Below are positions 1 through 10,100 of a stretch of DNA of 64,000 nt, one piece after another. How positions within the stretch are numbered: the first letter of the stretch is position 1; each line of letters starts with the position of its first letter. A program made the position numbers and the translations under genes. The stretch lies in the NCBI GenBank assembly GCA_038060895.1, contig JBBTCT010000014.1, positions 1 through 64,000 on the forward strand, written 5' to 3'. The stretch is from Planctomycetota bacterium (GTDB taxonomy: Bacteria > Planctomycetota > MHYJ01 > WSZJ01). The notes beneath the pieces were generated by a model. It was not told the DNA's origin. It worked only from the letters and a program-made list of their open reading frames with translations, and did not search any database.

Positions 1-63
1 GAAGTTGAGAGTTGAAGTTCTCCGTTTGTTTGGAAATTGAAATTGAAATTGAAAGTTGAAGTT
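1..63. repeat. Degenerate hexamer tandem repeats (GAAGTT/GAAATT)
   Basis: gaagttgagagttgaagtt ... gaaattgaaattgaaattgaaagttgaagtt; AT-rich relative to the surrounding sequence. Confidence 0.7.
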
Positions 64-130
64 AGCCGTTTTCCCTCCTGATAGACTCCCCCTCCCCATT
101 CGGGCCGATTCGCAACATAAAGGAGAATTC

Positions 131-1198
131 ATGGCTGACACGGGCAGTACGCCTGCCGGGGACATGGAGGCGATCCAGAAGCTGAAGGGCGCTTACGACA
201 AGATGCGCGCCGAGATCGGAAAGGCGATCGTCGGGCAGGAGCAGGTCGTCGAGCAGCTCCTCATCGCGGTCTTCAGCAAGGGTCACTGCCTGCTGGTCGG
301 CGTGCCCGGGCTGGCGAAAACGCTCATGATCCGGACGCTCGCCCAGACCCTCAACCTCTCCTTCAGCCGCATCCAGTTCACTCCCGACCTGATGCCGTCG
401 GACATCACCGGCACGGAGGTCATCTCGGAGGACAAGGCGACGGGGTCGCGCACCCTGCAGTTCATCAAGGGGCCGATCTTCGCCAATCTGCTCCTCGCCG
501 ACGAAATCAACCGCACGCCTCCCAAAACGCAGGCCGCGCTTCTCGAGGCCATGCAGGAGTACCAGGTCTCCGCGGGCGGCAAGAAGCATCCCTTGACCCA
601 GCCGTTTTTCGTCCTCGCGACGCAGAACCCGATCGAACAGGAAGGCACCTACCCGCTTCCCGAAGCGCAGCTCGACCGCTTCATGTTCCAGGTCAACGTC
701 GGTTACCCGACGGAGGCCGAGGAACTGGAAGTCATGAAGCTGACGACGTCGCCGTTCGACACGAAGCTGCAGCCCGTTCTGTCCGGCGCGGACATCCAGG
801 TCCTGCAGGACGTCGTGCGGCGCGTGCCGATCGCGGACCACGTGATCCGGTACGCGATGAAGCTGACCCGGGCGACGCGCGTCCACGGCAAGGAACCCGT
901 GCCGGACTTCGTACGGCAGTGGGTGTCGTGGGGCGCCGGGCCGCGCGCTTCGCAGTACCTCATCATCGGCGCGAAAGCGCGGGCGATCCTGAAGGGGCGG
1001 TTCTACGTGAGCACGGAGGATATTCGCGCGGTCGCGCATCCTGTGCTGCGGCATCGCGTGCTGTGCAACTTCGCCGCGGAAGCGGAAGGCGTCACGAGCG
1101 ACAAGATCGTCGACAAGCTGATTGAAGTGACGCCGGCTTCGGAAGGTGACGCGGCGAAGGATCCGCGGATGCCGAAGGTGCTTGGGCCGGCGCAGTAG
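131..1198 (+). CDS. moxR: MoxR-family AAA+ ATPase
   Basis: GVPGLAKT (Walker A), [42 protein letters not shown]; RBS AAGGAG before ATG 131. Confidence 0.95.
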   Translation: MADTGSTPAGDMEAIQKLKGAYDKMRAEIGKAIVGQEQVVEQLLIAVFSKGHCLLVGVPGLAKTLMIRTLAQTLNLSFSRIQFTPDLMPSDITGTEVISEDKATGSRTLQFIKGPIFANLLLADEINRTPPKTQAALLEAMQEYQVSAGGKKHPLTQPFFVLATQNPIEQEGTYPLPEAQLDRFMFQVNVGYPTEAEELEVMKLTTSPFDTKLQPVLSGADIQVLQDVVRRVPIADHVIRYAMKLTRATRVHGKEPVPDFVRQWVSWGAGPRASQYLIIGAKARAILKGRFYVSTEDIRAVAHPVLRHRVLCNFAAEAEGVTSDKIVDKLIEVTPASEGDAAKDPRMPKVLGPAQ

Positions 1199-1233
1199 GG
1201 CAGTTGGTAGTTCGTAGGTGGTAGTTGGTAGGA
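1199..1233. repeat. Heptamer tandem repeat array (GGTAGTT-like x5)
   Basis: ggcagtt ggtagtt cgtaggt ggtagtt ggtagga directly after the moxR stop. Confidence 0.75.
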
Positions 1234-1293
1234 AAACGGCCCGCTTGAAGTGAGGTCCTTGGCTGCGTTGGAGGCGTCGTCACTGACGCCGGT

Positions 1294-1321
1294 GGGCAAG
1301 GGCAAGGGCAAGGGCAAGGGC
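1294..1321. repeat. (GGGCAA)n hexamer tandem repeat
   Basis: gggcaa x4 plus gggc upstream of the DUF58 start. Confidence 0.8.
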
Positions 1322-1330
1322 GAAGAGAAC

Positions 1331-2233
1331 ATGGCAGAGAAGAGCAAATACCTCGACCCCCGGGTGCTGAACCGCGTGGCGCGGCTCAACATCCGCGCTC
1401 GGACGGTGATGGAGGGGTTTGTCAGCGGGCTCCACAAGAGTCCTTACCATGGATTCTCCGTTGAATTCGCGCAGCACCGGGAGTACACGCCGGGCGATGA
1501 CCTCCGGTTCCTGGACTGGAAGGTCTACGGACGGAGCGACCGCCTCTACATCAAGCAGTACGAGCAGGAGACGAACCTCCGGGCCTACATCATCCTCGAC
1601 GCTTCGGAATCCATGGACTACGCGAGCGATAACGGCTCGAAGTTCGACTACGCCGCCACGATTGCCGCTTCGCTTGCCCACCTTGTCATGGAGCAGCAGG
1701 ACTCGGCGGGGCTGGTGCTGTTCGACCGGCTCATCTCGAAATTCATCCACGCGCAGTGCAGCCCGCAGCACCTGCGGGTGATGGTGACTGAAATGGAAGC
1801 GCAGAAGACGACGGAGAAGACGGATCTCGGGCATGTGCTGCACGACGTGGCGGAGCGGATCAAGCACAAGAGCCTGGTGATCCTGATCAGCGACCTCCTG
1901 GACAAGCCTGAGTCGATCATTTCCGGGCTGCAGCACCTGAAGCACGGCCGCCACGACGTGATCGTGATTCACGTCCTCGACGAATACGAAGCGCGCTTCC
2001 CGTTCGACCGCATGACCCGGTTTGACGGGCTTGAGGGTTACCCGTACCTCGTCGTGGACCCGAAGCCGCTTCGGGAGGCTTACCTCGAGGAAGTCCGCAA
2101 GTTCACCAACGAGATCCGGCGCGGGTGCCTGGCGCAGCGGATCGATTTCGTGCAGGTGACGACCGACCAGCCCGTGGACGTCGCGGTCTCCTCATACCTC
2201 GCGCGCCGCCTGTCGAAGCGGAGGGCGAAGTAA
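1331..2233 (+). CDS. DUF58 domain protein (MoxR partner, VWA-like)
   Basis: GLHKSPYHGFSVEFAQHREYTPGDDLRFLDWK, LDASESM, LISDLL; follows moxR. Confidence 0.93.
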   Translation: MAEKSKYLDPRVLNRVARLNIRARTVMEGFVSGLHKSPYHGFSVEFAQHREYTPGDDLRFLDWKVYGRSDRLYIKQYEQETNLRAYIILDASESMDYASDNGSKFDYAATIAASLAHLVMEQQDSAGLVLFDRLISKFIHAQCSPQHLRVMVTEMEAQKTTEKTDLGHVLHDVAERIKHKSLVILISDLLDKPESIISGLQHLKHGRHDVIVIHVLDEYEARFPFDRMTRFDGLEGYPYLVVDPKPLREAYLEEVRKFTNEIRRGCLAQRIDFVQVTTDQPVDVAVSSYLARRLSKRRAK

Positions 2234-4446
2234 TGGGTTTTCTGCATGGCCCGCTCCTCTGGCTCGGGATGGCGGGCGCGATCCCGGTCCTGATCCACCT
2301 GTTCAACCGGCAGCGCTACAAGCGCGTCCGGTGGGCGGCGATGGAGTGGCTGCTGGCGGCCTTGAAGAAGACGCGGCGGCGGATGCAGATCGAGAACCTG
2401 ATCCTGCTCCTGATCCGGATCGCGGTGCTGGTGCTGCTGGCGATGGCGCTCGCGCGGCCATTTTTCCAGAGCGCGATCGCTTCGCAGCTCGGGGAGTCGA
2501 ACACGCACGCGGTGATCGTGCTCGACGTGTCGTACTCGATGGATTTCAGGGGCGCGGACAAGGGGACGCCGCTTGAGAAGGCGCGGCAGATCGCGCAGAG
2601 CATTCTCACGGACCTCAAGACGACGGAAAACGACCGTTTCTCGCTCATCCTGCTCACCGACTCTCCCAACGCCGCGATCGGCGAGCCGTCGAGCCGCGTG
2701 GACATGGGGCGCGAGATCGTCGGCGGTGCGACGGTGACGGACCAGGGGACGTCGATTCCCCGGACGATGGAGCTGGTGAAGGATGCGCTCGACAAGTCGA
2801 ACAACTTCGTGAAGAAGGTGTTCATCATCACGGACAACCAGCGCCACGGCTGGATGGTGGCCGAGAAGGACCGCCCGCGCGTCGCCGAGCTGTTCAAGCA
2901 GGTCACCGACATGACCTCTCCCAACGGCGGCGGCATCTACCTCTACGACGTCGGCGGAAACGTGGTGGACAACATCGCCGTCGTCGGGCTCGAGATGGGC
3001 GCGACGCAGAAGGTCGTCTCCACCGACAACTCGTGCGAGTTCCTCGCCACGATCCGCAACTACGGCGCGATGCAGATGTCGGACGTCGTGCTCAACGTCT
3101 TCGTGGACGGATCCAAGCAGACGTCCTACACGCTCACGGTCCCCGCGCACGACGTCCTCCGCCAGGTCTTCTACTTCACCTTCCGCGAACCCGGCCCCCA
3201 CGCCGTCACCGTCGAGATCGAGCCCGATGCGCTCTCCCACGACAACAAGCGGTCGCTGGCGGTGGATGTGCGTGAAGCGCTGAAGGTGCTGATGGTGAAC
3301 GGCGAGAAGGGATCGACGATGCAGACGGACGAGGTGGCGGCGCTGAAGATGGCGCTGAATCCCTCGCAGGACTCGACGGACAAGCGGTGGGTCTTCAACA
3401 TCACCGAGGTGCTCGAAAACGGGTTCGCGCGCGAAGACGTGCGGAAGTTCGACCTCGTCGTGCTCGCGAACGTCGAGACGGTGAGCCCCGAGGAGATCGC
3501 CGCGCTGGAGGAGTACGTCAAGGCGGGCGGCGGCGTGCTGATTTTCCTCGGCGACAAGGTCGAGGCGTACACCTGGAACCAGGTCGTGTGGCGCGGCGGC
3601 GACGGGTTGATCCCCTGCGAACTCGACAAGCCCGCCGGGTACCCGAAGAACGACGACGCGATGAAATTCACGGGCGTGGACTACGCGCACCCGGCGCTTT
3701 CGTACTTCCAGACCTCCAAGCCGATGCTCGGCCGGCTCCTCGTGAGCCAGTATTTCGCGGTGAAGCCGTTCGAAGCGCGCCCCGACGCGCGAGTGATCGC
3801 GTCGCTGGGCGTCCCCGGGGCCGACCCCGCGCCGCTTCTCATCGAGCGCCGCATGGGACGCGGCCGCGCCATCCTCTGCACGACCGCCCCGGATTTCGAG
3901 TGGGGCCTCATGCCCAAGGTCCCCGGGTTCCTCGTCCTCTTCGACCAGATCTGCCAGTACCTCGCCTCGCCGCCGCAGCGCTTCAGGAACATCACCGTCG
4001 GCGACCAGCTCGAGTACACGCTCAAGGCGACCGAGTTCGCGAAGACGTTCTCGATCGTGACGCCGCGCCAGAACCGCAGCTCGATCTCGCCCGTCAAGGC
4101 CGGCGAACACGCCTACCACCTGATGTTCTCCGGCACGACGGAGGCCGGCCTCTACGGCCTCGAACGCGACGCCCAGCCGGGGGAAACACAGGCCACGCTT
4201 CTGACCTGGTACGCCGTCAACGTCGATCCCGAGGAAGGCTTCGTCGAGAAGATGACACCTCCGGAACTGCGCACCATGTACCCGCAGTTCCGCTTCACGT
4301 ACGTCGAGCAGGGAACCGGCTCCCAGCCCGAAAAGATCGCCGTCAAGGCGCCCGCTTCCAATATCTGGAAGTACCTCGTCGGGATCATCCTGGGGCTGCT
4401 CGTGCTGGAGACGTGCCTGGCGCAGATGTTCGGGGCGAAGCGATAA
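2233..4446 (+). CDS. BatA N-terminal / VWA domain membrane protein
   Basis: N-terminal IPVLIHLFNR...LALARP BatA motif, MIDAS-like DVSYSM, ITDNQ, C-terminal TM; TAATG coupling to DUF58. Confidence 0.88.
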   Translation: MGFLHGPLLWLGMAGAIPVLIHLFNRQRYKRVRWAAMEWLLAALKKTRRRMQIENLILLLIRIAVLVLLAMALARPFFQSAIASQLGESNTHAVIVLDVSYSMDFRGADKGTPLEKARQIAQSILTDLKTTENDRFSLILLTDSPNAAIGEPSSRVDMGREIVGGATVTDQGTSIPRTMELVKDALDKSNNFVKKVFIITDNQRHGWMVAEKDRPRVAELFKQVTDMTSPNGGGIYLYDVGGNVVDNIAVVGLEMGATQKVVSTDNSCEFLATIRNYGAMQMSDVVLNVFVDGSKQTSYTLTVPAHDVLRQVFYFTFREPGPHAVTVEIEPDALSHDNKRSLAVDVREALKVLMVNGEKGSTMQTDEVAALKMALNPSQDSTDKRWVFNITEVLENGFAREDVRKFDLVVLANVETVSPEEIAALEEYVKAGGGVLIFLGDKVEAYTWNQVVWRGGDGLIPCELDKPAGYPKNDDAMKFTGVDYAHPALSYFQTSKPMLGRLLVSQYFAVKPFEARPDARVIASLGVPGADPAPLLIERRMGRGRAILCTTAPDFEWGLMPKVPGFLVLFDQICQYLASPPQRFRNITVGDQLEYTLKATEFAKTFSIVTPRQNRSSISPVKAGEHAYHLMFSGTTEAGLYGLERDAQPGETQATLLTWYAVNVDPEEGFVEKMTPPELRTMYPQFRFTYVEQGTGSQPEKIAVKAPASNIWKYLVGIILGLLVLETCLAQMFGAKR

Positions 4447-6936
4447 ATGGACTGGAGCAAATGGCTGCTGGGGGTGGACCGCGGCGTCGTGAGCCAGTAC
4501 GGGCGCTGGGAGATCCGCTGGCAGGCGATGCCCAAAGCCTGGGTGCTGGTCCTGGTGCTGCTGCCGCTGGTCCTGATCATCCCGGGGTTCTTCTACAAGA
4601 AAGAAAACCAGACGGCCCCGGGAGGCGCGCGGGTCGGGCTCTCGATCATTCGCAGCCTTCTCATTTCGCTCCTGCTGCTGGCGCTGTTCCAGCCGATCCT
4701 TTACCTCGAGCGCGAACTGACGAAGGAGTCGATCCTTGTCGTCCTCATCGACGAGTCGCTGTCGATGCAGATCAAGGACAAGTACACGGAAGCGTCGCAG
4801 TTCGAGGCGCTGGCGCGGGTGACGGGGCTGCTGAAGGGCGGGAAGCTGTCGCCGGACGCGGAGGACCAGTTGCGGCGGACGTCGCGGCTGGACCTCGTGA
4901 ACATGGCGCTCAAGAACCCGGACCTGAAGATCCTGGACCAGCTCAAGGACCGGTACATCTTCAAGGCGTATTCGTTCGCGAAGGGAATCTCGCCGGAGCC
5001 GCCGCTGGGCGCGATGGCGTCGCCGACCGAGCCGGACCGGCAGGGGCCGTTCAAACAGACGGCGATCGGGACGGCGATGGACGGCGTGCTGAAGGAACTT
5101 CACGGCCAGCCGATCGCGGCGATGGTGATCATCACGGACGGACGCAACAACGCCGACACGGATCCCGCGGACGTCGCCGCGCAGCTCGCCGACCGCGGGA
5201 CGAAGATCCCGATTTACACGGTCGGCGTCGGGAACCCGCTCCCGCCCAAGGACATCGCCCTCTCGAAGCTCGAAGCGCCGGACGTCGCGGTGGCCGGGGA
5301 CTTCGTGGAGTTCAAGTTCGCGGTGACGTCGAAGGGATTCGCGGGCGAGACGATCCAGGTGACGATGACCGAGCACGACCACTCGATCGCGCCGATGCTG
5401 GACGTGAAGCTCGAGGGCAAGGACAAGGAAGTCGAGCAGGCGGCGCTGATCAAGTGGAAGCCCGAGAAGCCCGGGGAGTACGTGATCAAGCTCGCGACGC
5501 CGGTGCGCGCCGAGGAGATCGTCGAGAACAACAACGAGCTGATCCACCACATCAAGATCGTGGACAACAAGATCAAGGTGCTCTTCGTCGAGGGATACCC
5601 GCGCTGGGAGTACCGGTACCTGAAGAACGCCCTCGTCCGGGACAAGTCGATGCTGGTGGACGTGCTCCTGCTGTCGGCGGACTCGAACTTCCCGCAGGAA
5701 GGAACGCCGGGACGGCCGCCGCTGACGGAGTTCCCGGCGGAGAAGAAGCAGCTGGCCGAATACGACGTGATCATCCTCGGGGACGTGAGTCCGCACGCGA
5801 TGCAGACGCCGTCGCTCACCGCGAGCCAGGTGTGGGAAAACCTCACGACGTACGTCGAGGAACTGGGCGGCGGGCTCGTCATGATCGCCGGCGAGGTTTA
5901 TGCGCCGCGCGAGTACAAGGACACGCCGATCGCACGCCTGCTCCCGGTGTCGATCGACACCTCGAGCGCCTCTTCCGCCATCATCCACGACGACCCCGTG
6001 CGCGTCGAACTCACGCCCTTCGGCAAGGACAGCCCCCTCATGCGGCTGGTCCCTTCCATGACGCCAGAGGAAAACGTCGAGATGTGGCAGGACGCGGACG
6101 GGAAGGGCGACGGCCTCGCGGGGTTCTACTGGTTCTACCGCCCGCGGTCGCCCAAGGCCGGCGCGACCGTCCTCGCGACCCACCCGTCCTACGAAGTCGA
6201 GAACGGCCAGAAACTCCCCGTCTTCAGCTACCAGCGCGTCGGCCGCGGCATCTGCTTCTTCTCCGCCGTCGATTCCACCTGGCGCTGGCGCTACCTCCGA
6301 GGCGACCAGTACTTCTACACCTTCTGGGGCCAGGTCATGCGCCACTGCCGCAGCGGGAAATTGATCGGCTCGAAGCGCTTCCAGCTCGAGCTCGACAAGA
6401 ACGATTACGAGATGATGGAGCGGGTGAGGATGACGGCGAAGGTGCTGGACAAGGAGTACGAGCCGCTTCGGGAAGCGACGTACACCGTGACGCTGATCGC
6501 GCCGGACCAGATGCCGGCGGAGATCGAGATGAAGGCGGAGGAGAATCCGCAGAACGACCCGCGGCGGATGGGTGTTTTCGTCGCGGACTACAGCCCGAGC
6601 CGGCTGGGGCGGTATGAAGTCTCTCTGGGCCCGCGCGGGCTGGACGATTCGGACCCGAAGGTGACGGTTTCGTTCACGGTGGGCGAGCCGAACCACGAGA
6701 TCGACAACCCGATCCTGGACGCCCAGACCCTGATCAAGGTGTCGGAGACGACCCGCGGAAAGTTCCTGCCGTTTTATGAGATCGACCGGCTGCTCTCGAC
6801 TATCAAAGAGACCGGCGAGATCGTAGATATAGAGACGAAAGAGCAGGACCTGTGGGATACGCCCCTCATCTACATCCTGTTCGCGCTGCTGATTACCGTG
6901 GAGTGGATGACGAGGAAGTTCGTGAGGTTGGTGTAA
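4447..6936 (+). CDS. Membrane protein with VWA and class I glutamine-amidotransferase-like domains
   Basis: N-terminal TMs, DESLSM MIDAS, ITDGRNN, VEGYPRWEYRYL, YDVIILGD, GGGLVMIAG, STWRWR, C-terminal TM EWMTRK. Confidence 0.85.
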   Translation: MDWSKWLLGVDRGVVSQYGRWEIRWQAMPKAWVLVLVLLPLVLIIPGFFYKKENQTAPGGARVGLSIIRSLLISLLLLALFQPILYLERELTKESILVVLIDESLSMQIKDKYTEASQFEALARVTGLLKGGKLSPDAEDQLRRTSRLDLVNMALKNPDLKILDQLKDRYIFKAYSFAKGISPEPPLGAMASPTEPDRQGPFKQTAIGTAMDGVLKELHGQPIAAMVIITDGRNNADTDPADVAAQLADRGTKIPIYTVGVGNPLPPKDIALSKLEAPDVAVAGDFVEFKFAVTSKGFAGETIQVTMTEHDHSIAPMLDVKLEGKDKEVEQAALIKWKPEKPGEYVIKLATPVRAEEIVENNNELIHHIKIVDNKIKVLFVEGYPRWEYRYLKNALVRDKSMLVDVLLLSADSNFPQEGTPGRPPLTEFPAEKKQLAEYDVIILGDVSPHAMQTPSLTASQVWENLTTYVEELGGGLVMIAGEVYAPREYKDTPIARLLPVSIDTSSASSAIIHDDPVRVELTPFGKDSPLMRLVPSMTPEENVEMWQDADGKGDGLAGFYWFYRPRSPKAGATVLATHPSYEVENGQKLPVFSYQRVGRGICFFSAVDSTWRWRYLRGDQYFYTFWGQVMRHCRSGKLIGSKRFQLELDKNDYEMMERVRMTAKVLDKEYEPLREATYTVTLIAPDQMPAEIEMKAEENPQNDPRRMGVFVADYSPSRLGRYEVSLGPRGLDDSDPKVTVSFTVGEPNHEIDNPILDAQTLIKVSETTRGKFLPFYEIDRLLSTIKETGEIVDIETKEQDLWDTPLIYILFALLITVEWMTRKFVRLV

Positions 6937-6982
6937 GGGAGCTGGAGGCAGGCCCCACGCATTGCTGGAAATGCAACGACCT

Positions 6983-7105
6983 GCCACAGAGGACACAGAG
7001 GTCACAGAGAACGGAATCGAGAATTTATAGAGACCTGTGTTCGTTACGATTCCGTCCAGAAGTCGGTCCTCGCGCTTCCTCTGTGAACTCTGCGTCCTCT
7101 GTGGC
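6983..7105. repeat. Inverted-repeat element with 9-bp CACAGAG periodicity (REP-like)
   Basis: Arms 6983-7009 and 7079-7105 match at 25/27 nt; inner pair acggaatcg (7011-7019) / cgattccgt (7047-7055). Confidence 0.85.
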
Positions 7106-7132
7106 TGAAGCCGTTCCGTTCAGCAGAACACC

Positions 7133-10100
7133 ATGACGATTCGCACCTTCCATCGCGCGTTTCTGACCCTGGCCGCGCTCACCGCGGCCGCGCTTCCCCT
7201 GCAAGCCGAAGACGACGACACCCGTTTTCCCATGAACGGCGCGGGCGTTCCCGACAACCGCCAGGCCGCCGAAAAATTCGACCGCGCCACCACTCTCTTC
7301 AAGGCAGCACGCTGGGACGAAGGCTCCGCCAAGCTTTATGAAATGGTGGAGCTCTACGGCGACCGCCTCGTCCTCTTCGGCGCCGTCGGCCAGTACGTCT
7401 CCGCGCGGCGACTGGCCGCGAAGATGGCCCGCGAACTCCCCCCCGAGGGCCTCGCCGCCTGGCGCCGCCAGGTCGACCCCCGCGTCGGCGCTGCCCTCGC
7501 TTCCGCTTCCCGCCCCCGCGACTTCCGCCGCATCCTCCGCGACTTTCCAAACGCCACGCGGGAGCCCGAGGTCCGCCTGCTGCTGGCGAGGGCGCTCGCG
7601 GACGAAGGGGATGTCGAGGGCGAAGCGGAAGCGCTGTGGGGGCTGATCGAGTACCCGGGCGACGGCGCCGGGCGGGCCGGCGCGGCGGCGCGGCTCGCGA
7701 TCGACCTGGGCGCCCTGAACGACCGCGAAGGGCTGGACGCTCTGGAAGCGAAGCTCGGGGCTGCGATGTCCGATCCGGTGAGATGGCGCGGGAAGAACGC
7801 GCCGTTGAAGGACGTGTTCAAAGCCGCGCGGGCCCTCCTGCGCGGAACCGGCGACGACGCGCCGGCGTGGGCCGCGTGGCCGACGTTCGGGGGCAACGGC
7901 TCGCGCGACCGCATCGCGGCGGGCGTGAAGGGAGTTCCGCCCGTGACGGCGCGGTACAACTTCACCGAGGGACCAGGCTGGTCCACCCAGTCGCGCTTCG
8001 GCGGCTCAGGAGGCTGGACTTCGCGCCATCCCGAATCGCTGCTCGTACAACCGGCCATCGCCGACGGCCTGATCGTCGTCAACGAGGGGCACCTCGTCTG
8101 GGCCAAGGAGCTTTCCAGCGACGGCGGACGCCCGCTCTGGACGATCAAGGGGCTGCAGCAGCCGAGCCAGATCATGTACGAGGAGCGCTGCCTCCACGGC
8201 TCCACGATCGCCGGCGGCCGCGCATTCTTCACGCTGGCGACCACCGCCGGCAAAGAGCAGGTCAAGATGAGCTGGCTCGTCGCGGTCTACCCGGTGCCGC
8301 TTCGGAAACTGTTCTGCGTGGAAGCGCAGAGCGGGCGGCGGGTCTGGGAGACCGGCGGCGACGCGACCGGGAAGGACTTCGCGACCCGCGCCAGCTACCA
8401 CGGCGCGCCGGTCGTGGATGGCGACCGGCTCTACTGCGCCGCGACCTACGGCGCGGCCCAGGTCGATCCCTCCGAACACTGGGTGGTGTGCCTCGACGCG
8501 AACACCGGGAAGGAAATCTGGCGCACGTTCGTGGCGAGCGGCATCCCCGAAATCAACCTCTTCGGCAACACCACCCGCGAGTCCGTGCCGCACGCCTTGA
8601 CCGTGAGCGGCGACCGCATCCTCGCCTGCACGAACCTCGGCATCGTCGCCTGCCTGGACCGCACCGACGGCGGCCTCCTCTGGGAGCGCCGCTACCCGCG
8701 CTTCAAGGTGCAGCCGATCATGGACGCCTACGACATCCCCCGGAACCCCGTGACCTGGCTGCAAAGCCCGATCTACCACGTCAAGGATCCCTCCGACGGA
8801 AAACAGAAGGTCGTCGTCGCGCCAATGGACTCGCCCTTCCTGTTCTGCCTTTCGGCGGAAGACGGCGAGATGCATTGGCAATGGCCGAAGCCAGCCAACC
8901 TCCGCGAGAACGACCCGGATTGTCGATACATCATCGGTGTGCGGGAAGGCGTCATCTACCTCTCCGGCGAATCGGTGGTGGCGATCGAACTCAAGGGATA
9001 TAAGCGCGTCTGGCCAGACCGCCTCGAACTCGACTCGCCTCCGTCAGGCCGCGGGCTCGTCGCTTCCGACGGCGTCTACATTCCGCTTCGCACCGGACTT
9101 CTCCGCCTCGGTTTCCGGGATCCTTCCGTCGGGAAGCAGTTCTGGCGGTGGCCTACCGCTGGAATGGCCGGACACGTGATGTTCGTGGACCAGGCCGTCG
9201 TCACCGCCGGGAACTCGATGCTGACCGTCTGTTACGACCCGGCGAAGGCGAAGGCGTTCCTCGAAGCGGAAATCCTGAAGAACCCGGGCTCGGCCTACCT
9301 GCGCTACCGGCTCGCGATCTGCCTGCAGGCGATGGGCGACACCGAGCGGGCGGAAGCGACGCTGAAGCAGGCGCTCGATCTTGCCGAGAAGCGGGGCGAC
9401 GAGGCTTCGATGGCCGTCGCGGAGTCCTGCCGCCGAACTCTTTTCCGCAGCCGACTCACGGCGGCCGCCGCGATGCTGCGCAAGAGCGACGGCGCGCGCC
9501 GCGCCGCGGAGGAATACGAGAAGGCGCGGCCGTACGCTTCGACCGAGGGCGAGTGGCTCGAACTCCTGTTCGCTTCAGCCCAGGCCCGCCGCGCGGCCGG
9601 CGACCTCGCCGGCGCCGTCGCGGTTCTCCAGGAAGTCATCGCCAAACACGGCGACCAGACCCGCGACGGCGGCGACGTGGCGCGCCTCGACGCCCGCCGC
9701 TCGATCGACGCCATCCTCGCCTCCGGCCGCGAACCCTACGCCGCCGCCGAGCAGGAAGCCGCCGGCCTCCTCGCCCGGGCGCGCAAGGACAACGACCCCG
9801 CACTCTTCGAGGACCTCCTCAAGCGCTTCCCCAATTCCCTCGCCGCCGAAGACGCCTCCTACGGCGCCGGCCACGCCCGCTTCGCCGCTTCGGACTGGCC
9901 CGGCGCCTGCGACGCCCTCCAGAAATTCCTGAAAGAGCACCCGCAGTCGGGACAGGCGGCGCAGGCGATGGCGGAACTTGCGGTGGCGTTCGAGAAGCGC
10001 GCGATGTGGGGAATGGCGGGCGCGCAGCTGCGGCGGATGAAGAAGTCGTCGGGGGAAGCGCAGATCCGGATCGACGGCGGCGCGGTGAGCGCTTCGAAGT

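Noticed and set aside
1199-1233. Short repeat arrays as possible CRISPR
   Set aside because: Units are 6-9 nt with no unique spacers, and there are no cas genes in the window.
2080-7005. 1641-aa minus-strand ORF and other long antisense or alternate-frame ORFs (3387-6617, 20347-23019, 52195-53475)
   Set aside because: Shadow ORFs of high-GC genes; Arg/Gly/Pro-rich with no motifs, overlapping well-supported genes.
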